DNA of 64,000 nt from Eledone cirrhosa (Eukaryota). The notes beneath the pieces were generated by a model. It made no database searches. It was given only the letters and a program-made list of their open reading frames with translations, and was not told where the DNA came from. The stretch spans positions 45,074,001 to 45,138,000 of the forward strand of contig OZ024748.1 in assembly GCA_964016885.1 (NCBI GenBank), written 5' to 3'. Below are positions 54,904 through 64,000 of this stretch, in pieces. The position numbers and the translations under genes are program-made. The first letter of the stretch is position 1. Every line of letters begins with the position of its first letter.

Positions 54904-55084
54904 ATGTATGTGTGTGCCGGCATATATGCATAGGCATATATAAGTATAGGTTTATATGAGAATATATATTTATATATATATACACATTTATATATATATA
55001 TATATATATATATACATGCATATATATATATACATACAAATACATACATTTCTATACATGTATATGCATGCACAAAGCCCCCCC

Positions 55085-55119
<35 letters not shown>

Positions 55120-55273
55120 CATATATATACTTTAAATGAAGTGAACCGCTTCCTTGAGTTCAAATAATCACGAATGTTTATATAAATATATTGCCGTGTG
55201 TATTTGAACTTGTGTTAGCGGTTCATTACATTTAATCTCTCTGTAATAACCACGTATTCAGTGATACAGACTA

Positions 55274-55337
<64 letters not shown>

Positions 55338-55867
55338 ACATATATATATATATACATACATAGAGACAGGCATACACACAACCACACGGATACAGACTAA
55401 CACGCACTGAGACACATACATACATACACAGAGACATACATATACGTACATACATATACACACATACACACACGTACGTACATATATACATACATACATA
55501 CTCATACACACACATTCAGAGACATACACAGATATACAACCGCGTATATATTCATTCAGACCAACACGCAATCATCCACATACATACTATACATAGACAC
55601 ACAAACACACACACATAAACAGACATACATCCACGCATTCAACGATACACACTAGCACGCACGCATGCACATACACATATGCACATATGCACATATACAC
55701 ATATATACACACACACACAGATATAGACACACACAGACACAGACACATACATACTTATACGCGGAGACACAGGCACGTATTCATTGATACACATTAGCAC
55801 ATAAAATTACATACACACGTTCATGTGGAAAAAAATATACACACACACGCATAAACATATACATACA

Positions 55868-56325
55868 CACTAACACACACATTAACACACACACTAACAC
55901 ACACACTAACACACACACTAACACACACACTAACACACACACTAACACATCCACTAACACACACACTAACACACACACTAACACATCCACTAACACACAC
56001 ACTAACACACACACTAACACATCCACTAACACACACACTAACACATCCACTAACACACACACTAACACACACACTAACACACACACTAACACACACACTA
56101 ACACATCCACTAACACACACACTAACTAGCACACACACTAACACATCCACTAACACACACTAACCTAACACACACACTAACACAGCCACTAACCCACACA
56201 CTAACACACACACTAACACATCCACTAACACACACACTAACCCACACACTAACACACACAATAACACATCCACTAACACACACACTAACCCACACACAGT
56301 AACACACACAGTAACACACACAACA
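55868..56325. repeat. 12-bp minisatellite (CTAACACACACA)n
   Basis: Direct reading. Confidence 0.9.
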
Positions 56326-56354
56326 CACAAAATGGACTCAACAATAGATCTCTA

Positions 56355-56450
56355 CGTAGGTCTGTCGTCCATTGCCGTTACCAAGTCCTGAATTTCGATA
56401 CCAGAATCTCTGGAGATGACATCGGGATAGGAGAGCTTGCGCACCCTGTA
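56355..56450 (-). pseudogene. RTE-like LINE C-terminal fragment
   Basis: RVRKLSYPDVISRDSGIEIQDLVTAMDDR, similar to the 46040 fragment. Confidence 0.55.
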
Positions 56451-56498
56451 TTTAATGACTGCTTGTGGTTTCCAAAGCACTATGGTGTGTGTGTGTGT

Positions 56499-56554
<56 letters not shown>

Positions 56555-57035
56555 ATTTACATGCACATTGTGTAGAAGGCATAGACCTCAATTACTACCC
56601 AGGCGTGGCAACCACTTGTGAGTAAGACAATCTTCTTAACCATACGCCTACCTTTATGTTTTATAGCTAATATTTTAATTTCCAAGCTGTGTTAGTGAAG
56701 TAGTAATTTCTTCAAACTAGTAAATCGTATAGGAATATGCAAATTAAGTGAATTTTTTGAATTAGTATGCATTTCTAAGATGGCTATCATGTTGTTGCTT
56801 TTATCAACCGCTAGGCGACCGGAAGTCTTAATTATATGTTATAACCGGATATTTTAAAGACATAAACACACTGACGTTATATGTGCATATGTATACATAC
56901 AGACATATATATACATAGACAATGCAATATATGCAAAATGATACATGTATGCATATATATATATATATATATATATACTTTACACCTTTATAATATATAT
57001 ATATATAAACGCATATATGTATATACACATACCCC

Positions 57036-57109
<74 letters not shown>

Positions 57110-57134
57110 ATATTTATGTATATACACATACCTC

Positions 57135-57196
<62 letters not shown>

Positions 57197-57226
57197 AACA
57201 CATATATGTATATACACATACCCCCC

Positions 57227-57274
<48 letters not shown>

Positions 57275-57308
57275 TATATAAACATATTTATGTATATACA
57301 CATACCTC

Positions 57309-57386
<78 letters not shown>

Positions 57387-57632
57387 TATATATATATAAA
57401 CACATATATGTATATACACATACCGCCCCCCCCCCCCCCATATATATATGTATATATTTTCATAACCTTTTATGTGTATATTCTGAAAGAACAGTATCTA
57501 TTAGAATATTTAGAAAATTATATATTATTATGAATAAATTAAATACTAATATTATTAGTAAAATGTGAACATATATGTATATACAGAGAGAGAGAGAGAG
57601 GGGGGGGAGAGAGAGAGTGAGAGAGAGAGAGA

Positions 57633-57701
<69 letters not shown>

Positions 57702-57762
57702 CTACATGAATTTATATATGTATTTGCCTATATATATATATATATATATAAACACAGACACC

Positions 57763-57799
<37 letters not shown>

Positions 57800-57802
<3 letters not shown>

Positions 57803-58005
57803 ACGAAGGAAATGTGGTAAGGAACCAGGTGGACCATAACGCACCAAAGTACTCAATACCTGAGGTAGTAGAGTGGGTAATAGGAACCAGTAAGACCCCG
57901 ACAGCTGAGCTCAAGCCGTTTCGACGGCTAATTCTGGACTACCAGAATTAGTCCAGAATTAGCCGTCGAAACGGCTTGAGCTCAGCTGCCGGGGTCTTAC
58001 TGGTT

Positions 58006-58010
<5 letters not shown>
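57800..58010. mobile_element. Family H fold-back element (HHR 3' half on both strands)
   Basis: Arms 57880-57939 / 57950-58010; AGAATTAGCCGTC-GAAA-CGGCTtgagctcAGCYG-TC-GGGGTC; copies at 58505-58694, 60414-60625, fragment 19765-19842. Confidence 0.8.
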
Positions 58011-58075
<65 letters not shown>

Positions 58076-58188
58076 CGTACACATTCATATAAAAACATAT
58101 ACATACAAACACACGCACACATATATATAATTATATATACATATATATATATATATTTAGTTATGTAATAAACAACATAAGGCAATTA

Positions 58189-58248
58189 TTCCATTTACCA
58201 GTGGTTTCTTAAAAGCAAAAAATTTTGCTTTCAATCATCAGAATGAAA
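58189..58248 (-). ncRNA. Type I hammerhead ribozyme
   Basis: Mirror of 58327-58386. Confidence 0.9.
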
Positions 58249-58326
58249 AAATGCTGGTGTATTTATTGATATTGGATTCTAAAAAGGTTTTTAAAAAATC
58301 CAATATCAATAAATACACCAGGATTT

Positions 58327-58386
58327 TTTCATTCTGATGATTGAAAGCAACATTTTTTGCTTTTAAGAAACCACTGGTAAATGGAA
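58327..58386 (+). ncRNA. Type I hammerhead ribozyme
   Basis: TTTCATT-CTGATGA-TTGAAAGCAA catttt TTGCTTTTAA-GAAA-CCA c TGG-TA-AATGGAA. Confidence 0.9.
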
Positions 58387-58690
58387 TAATTGCCTTATGT
58401 TGTTTATTACATAACTATTAAGCTCTGTTATCTACATAGAGCACTCTTTTTTCCTGGACTTTTCCGACGGAATTACTTCACACACACACACATATATATA
58501 TATATAACGAACGAGGTGTGATAAGGAACCAGATGGACTATAACGCACCAGAGTACTCAATACTTAGGGTAGTAGAGTGGCTAATAGGAAAAAGTTTAAC
58601 CCCGACGGCAGAGCTCAAGCCGTTTCCACGGCTATTTCTGGACTGAAATAGCCGTCGAAACGGCTTGAGCTCTGCCGTCGGGGTTAAACT

Positions 58691-58753
<63 letters not shown>

Positions 58754-59062
58754 AGTGTTTGTGTCTATATGTGTATGTGTGTGTCTACATGTGTATGTAT
58801 ATGTGTGTCTGTGTGTGTGTCTACATGTGTATGTATATGTGTGTGTGTCTACATGCGTATGTATATGTGTGTCTGTGTGTGTGTGTATGTGTGTGTGTCC
58901 ACATGTGTATGTATATGTGTGTATGTGTGTGTGTATGTGTGTGTGTTTCTGTATTGTGGTAACGCTACAGATGCCGACAGTTGTCTAGACCGCTTTAACG
59001 ATTAACAAGTAATGACGGAATTTTGTCTGTGTTTTGAATAAATAGATTCATATGTAAGACAC

Positions 59063-59130
<68 letters not shown>

Positions 59131-59443
59131 ACACCCGTAGCACAGTACACGCACACTCACACACACACGTAAACACGGACAAAAACGCGCAGACACACTC
59201 ACACACATAGTCACATGGACACTCACGCAGACACACTAACACACATAGTCACATGGACACTCACGCAGACACACTAACACACATAGCCACATGGACACTC
59301 ACGCAGACACACTAACACACATAGTCACATGCATACTCACACACACACGTGCACGTATTCACACGCACACTCCCACACACAATCGAACTCACACACACAC
59401 ACACGCAAAGAGGCACAAACACGCACAGACACACCCACACACG

Positions 59444-59486
<43 letters not shown>

Positions 59487-59716
59487 AACACACAACACAC
59501 TCCCAAACATGCACAAACACGCACACATAACTCACACACACACACAAACACACAGTCAAACACATTCATACATACACAAACACACAAAGAAACACACACA
59601 CACACACTCACAAACACACACAAATAAACACACATACAAACACACACAAACGCATTCATACATACACAAACACACACACACACAAACAAACACACACAAA
59701 CACATTCATACATACA

Positions 59717-59751
<35 letters not shown>

Positions 59752-60368
59752 CACACAAACACACACAAAGAAACACACAAAGAAACACATTCATACACAC
59801 ACAAACGCATTCATACATACACAAACACACACACACACACACACACACAAACAAACAGACACACACACGCACACACACACAACACACAAACACACACAAA
59901 GAAACACACATAGAAACACATTCATACACACACAAACGCATTCATACATACACAAACACACACACACACACAAACAAACAGACACACACACGCCTCACAC
60001 ACACACACAACACACAAACACACACAAAGAAACACACAAAGAAACACATTCATACACACACAAACGCATTCAAACATACACAAACACAAACACACAAAAA
60101 CACACACACAAACAAACACACACACACAAACGCATTCACGCACATACACAGATATAGACACACATTTAACCAAATTATAAACGAATAGGAAAAATTTTCT
60201 AGAAAAAACGTTGACATCATATTTCTCTTTATCAATAACAACGTCAGTTAACAAGCTGGTAATGACTCGTAATTTACAGATTGTAAGAAAGTTGCAAACC
60301 TCACCACATAGCTTACTTTACAGTTTTGGGGATTGGAGCGATCGGGTGGGTGGTGGTAGGGGTTTAGC

Positions 60369-60418
<50 letters not shown>

Positions 60419-60622
60419 AACGAGTAGGACCCCGACGGCTGAGCTCAAGCCGTTTCGACGGCTAATTCTGGACGGCTAATTCTGCGTCCAGAATTAGCCG
60501 TCGAAACGGCTTGACCTCAACCGTCGGGGTCCTACTCGTTCCTATTACCCACTCTACTACCCTAAGTATTGAGTACTTTGGTGCGTTATGGTCCACCTGG
60601 TTCCTTACCACATTTCCTTTGT

Positions 60623-60691
<69 letters not shown>

Positions 60692-60693
<2 letters not shown>

Positions 60694-61125
60694 AGTTAAA
60701 ACAATGAAATAAAAAATCAAGTCATTCGAGATATACTTCATTGCTTTACGATCGTTTCTAGATGGTGATAATACATTGTATCTGTACTTAGTTATTGATC
60801 TATGTAAGTTTACAAACTATCAGATAGAGAGAATATTTACTTACATGCATATCACCAGCTGTTTTCAAAATAGATCAATAACTGAGTATAGATACAATGT
60901 ATTATCACCATCTAGAAACGATCGTAAAGCAGTGAAGTATATCTCTAATGACTTGATTTTTTATTTCATTTATTTCATTTTTTTAAACTTATATCATGAC
61001 TCTGTTTTCCTTTTAATGTTTTATTGTTTTCTGAGATCTATCTTAACCTACAACATTTTCAACATATGGATTACATTGAGTTCTTCATACAGAATAGACC
61101 CCACAACTTACAGTGGATACCTCTG
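60692..61125. mobile_element. Fold-back element with HHR 3' half
   Basis: Arms ~60702-60803 / 60869-60970; TATCACCATCTA-GAAA-CGATCG-TA-AAGC. Confidence 0.75.
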
Positions 61126-61171
61126 TGTATATATATATATATATATATAAGTATGTATACGTACATACATA

Positions 61172-61587
61172 TATGTATACAGACGTACAGTAGTATGTAT
61201 ATATATACATACATATATGCACACATATATATATACGTATGGATTTACCGAACATTTATTATAATGTTCGGTTTGTTTGTAAACAAACATCCCGAATTAA
61301 GCCGTACAGTGTTTAGAAACCATCGTTGCCCTTTTGTTCAACACTGACAAAGGAACGATGTACTAGTTTCAAGCTTATTAGCTATCGTCAGCACCGTATA
61401 TCTTCCTGCCAGAGGATTGAACGTCTGAAAGAATATACTTTCCTTATGCATATTAACGGCTTAATTCGGGATGTTTGTTTACAAACAAACCGAGCATTAT
61501 AATAAATGTTCGGTGAATCCATATATACATATATATATGTGTGCATGTATGTATATATATACATACTACTGTACGTCTGTATACATA
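61172..61587. mobile_element. Fold-back element with internal HHR
   Basis: Arms ~61172-61305 / 61456-61587. Confidence 0.75.
61355..61397 (-). ncRNA. Type I hammerhead ribozyme (minimal)
   Basis: revcomp ACGGTG-CTGACGA-TAGCT aata AGCTT-GAAA-CTAG-TA-CATCGT. Confidence 0.85.
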
Positions 61588-61645
61588 TTATATTTAAGTA
61601 ACAGCCGTACTAAGAGTGAGGAATGAAATTTCGTTTCATTTTTTC

Positions 61646-61719
<74 letters not shown>

Positions 61720-61807
61720 GAAACACAACCAAATCAACCTTCTCAAATGCAAGTAGATGTTGTTACGGTATGTCGAATCTATTTATCTATAAGACTGTTT
61801 ATATTGA

Positions 61808-61871
61808 ATTTTGTCTGAGGAAGGCATAGCATATTGTTAATATGTTATCCCTGAAATATATATAATGAAAT
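61808..61871 (+). ncRNA. Type I hammerhead ribozyme (family D)
   Basis: ATTTTGT-CTGAGGA-AGGcATAGCATATT gtt AATATGTTATcCCT-GAAA-TATATA-TA-ATGAAAT. Confidence 0.8.
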
Positions 61872-62213
61872 AAATATGGTTTTATAAATATAGTTTCCAT
61901 TTATTTAATATTGTAAATATACTCCAAATATTTGTCGAGTGCTTTTATATCAGTTATAAATATTTACTAGTTGTAACACAACAATTTAAATATAACTTTC
62001 CATATATATATATATATATATAAATGAAGTATTTCCGTCGGAAAGGTACAGGAAAAAAGAGTGCTCTATGTAGGCTACAGAGCTTATTAGTTATGTAATA
62101 AACAACATAAGATAATTATTTCATTTACCAGTGGTTTCTTGAAGGCAGATGTTATGTCTGTCTTCAGTCGACAGACATAACATCTGCCTTTCCGACGGAA
62201 ATACTTGACATAT

Positions 62214-62291
<78 letters not shown>

Positions 62292-62351
62292 TCATACCTA
62301 AACCCCTACCACCACCCACCCGTTCGCTCCAATCCCCCAAACTGTAAAGGC

Positions 62352-62478
62352 CTCCCGAGTGGTCGTTTCCGCGTGAGGGACGTCATCACGGAATATATGC
62401 GCAGCAAGTTCAGATGGGCTGGACACGTCGCCCGGTTCACCGATAATCGGTGGACCCGCTCAGTTGCCGAGTGGTATA
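62352..62478 (+). pseudogene. RTE LINE fragment
   Basis: RVRDVITEYMRSKFRWAGHVARFTDNRWTRSVAEW. Confidence 0.75.
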
Positions 62479-62491
62479 TAATATATATATA

Positions 62492-63248
62492 TGAAAAACA
62501 AGGGGAGAAGAATACTGCATGGTTGCACATGGATTACATATTATAAAATTAGTCCCTCATTCATCGCATTAAAAATCAGATACCTCAGGTTGGTGCGAGC
62601 AATAACTAAAATAAGCTATTGGGACAAGTGAAACGCGTAAAGCGAGTGAGACAAGTAAACAACAGAAGGAAAAGCAAACCGAAGGTTGGAAAAACAGCAA
62701 GCAACATGTTAGTTATCCGATCAGCATAAGCTGGGTGAATTTCATGAGCGGTCAGAGAAGCAGACCGTACGCCGTGAATGCGGTGTGAGAAAGAAGGAAC
62801 CCCACTACTAGCGAACGGTAGGAAGTGAGAAGGGGAGAAACAGAGAGTGAGTGAGTGGAAGTGCGAGGAAGAGGTCAGTCGAGAGAAAGTGTAACTGACA
62901 GAGGGGCGAAAGAAGGTAAGAGAAACAGAGAGAACGGGGGAGCAGTAAGAGAGAAAGAGAGAAACAGATAATCGCAGTTTAGGTAAATATATATGAAAAA
63001 CAAGGGGAGAAGAATACTGCATGGTTGCACATGGATTACATATTATAAAATTAGTCCCTCATCAGTGATTTGCCAACCATCATTGGTATTTCATCGCATT
63101 AAAAATCAGATACCTCAGGTTGGTGCGAGCAATAACTAAAATAAGCTATTGGGACTAATGAAACGCGTAAAGCGAGTGAGACAAGTGAACAACAGAAGGA
63201 AAAGCAAACCGAAGGTTGGAAAAACAGCAAGCAACATGATAGTTATCC
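62492..63248 (-). mobile_element. Partial tandem pair of family E element
   Basis: 62492-62717 is repeated at 62994-63248. Confidence 0.8.
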
Positions 63249-63454
63249 ATATATATAATAATAATAATAATAAAGTATATATCCTTACACGCAAAAAGCG
63301 TCTAGGGACACATGTATTGTCCAACCATATGCCAATGTGGTTCAATGGCAGGTTAATAAATTAACGAGCCAGAACATATATAATCAAGGTTTAGCAAATA
63401 AGAAAAAAGTTTCAAAATAAATTTTAAAAAATTCACTGTACTCACTATGGTTAC

Positions 63455-63537
63455 CTTTACCGAATCGGTTTCGAGTCTCAAAAATAAATGGACAGTCCTT
63501 GCGGCCTTCCATTGAAAAGATAAACTCTCGTCAGAAG
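63455..63537 (-). ncRNA. Type I hammerhead with extended stem II
   Basis: revcomp CTT-CTGACGA-GAGTTT..AATGGA..GCAA..TCCATT..AGACTC-GAAA-CCG att CGG-TA-AAG. Confidence 0.75.
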
Positions 63538-63847
63538 TTTCTTTTCACTCGGAGAATATAAAATTCCCGAGTTCAAATTACGAACTGGCGCTATTCAAAA
63601 TTGTTCCCGAGATGAGAATGAATGATGTGGAAGCAATTCTGTCCAGTGCCGTGTGTAAAGATAGACTCCTCTTGGTCGAGATAAAATTTGGTCGTTCTGA
63701 CTGCTGCTATTTATAGTGGTAGTAGACTGACCTCCCTGCCTTTGCCTCTGCTTCTACCCTTGAAATATATATAATAAAATAAATATGGTTTTATAAATAT
63801 AGTTTCCATTTATTTAATATCATTGTATATATATATATATATATATA

Positions 63848-64000
63848 TTAATTCAAAATATTAACAAAAATAGAAATTCTTGTGATCAAGTATATTTTAT
63901 TATACATATTTCAAAGGTACTGACTGGATCTTAACCATCTACTATGTCAGGGTATGTCATGCATCATCTTATTTTATCTGATGAGGACGTACTGTTGAAG
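63848..64000. mobile_element. Family C element with internal inversion; HHR halves on opposite strands, runs off window
   Basis: 63848-63923 matches 850-924; 63927-64000 matches revcomp of 930-1002. Confidence 0.75.

Larger units (their letters stand above)
58158..58480. mobile_element. Palindromic HHR element (family I)
   Basis: Arms 58158-58278 / 58297-58417; relatives at 62022-62205 and 47230-47272. Confidence 0.85.

Noticed and set aside
55868-56325. Telomeric repeat (also the AACC array at 17635)
   Set aside because: Units are not CCCTAA/CCTAA arrays

Overview
AT-rich, microsatellite-saturated, essentially non-genic animal DNA. The tRNA-derived SINEs carrying Nin- and Meta-type cores suggest an octopus or related coleoid genome (inference). 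Almost all ORFs in the track are artefacts of (TA)n, (CA)n, (CATA)n, (GGT)n, (CTT)n and (CAA)n repeats. Real coding signal is limited to decayed retroelements: a Dong/R4 LINE (RT, CCHC, RLE), a Penelope-like element (RT plus GIY-YIG, Neptune-like) arranged as a 3.2-kb inverted repeat, a second GIY-YIG fragment, a CRE-clade RT fragment, and RTE and Tx1 3' ends. Helitron-like ends and a hAT MITE are also present. The main hidden signal is that the short unique-looking islands between (TA)n arrays are at least a dozen unrelated families of tiny non-coding elements. They carry type I hammerhead ribozyme (HHR) motifs; I read more than 25 full or partial copies by eye. Features include palindromic stem III, compensatory changes between copies, fold-back (palindromic) architecture that often turns inside the ribozyme, and in several cases one HHR on each strand. 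Coordinates were read manually and may be off by a few bases. No folding or database searches were run.
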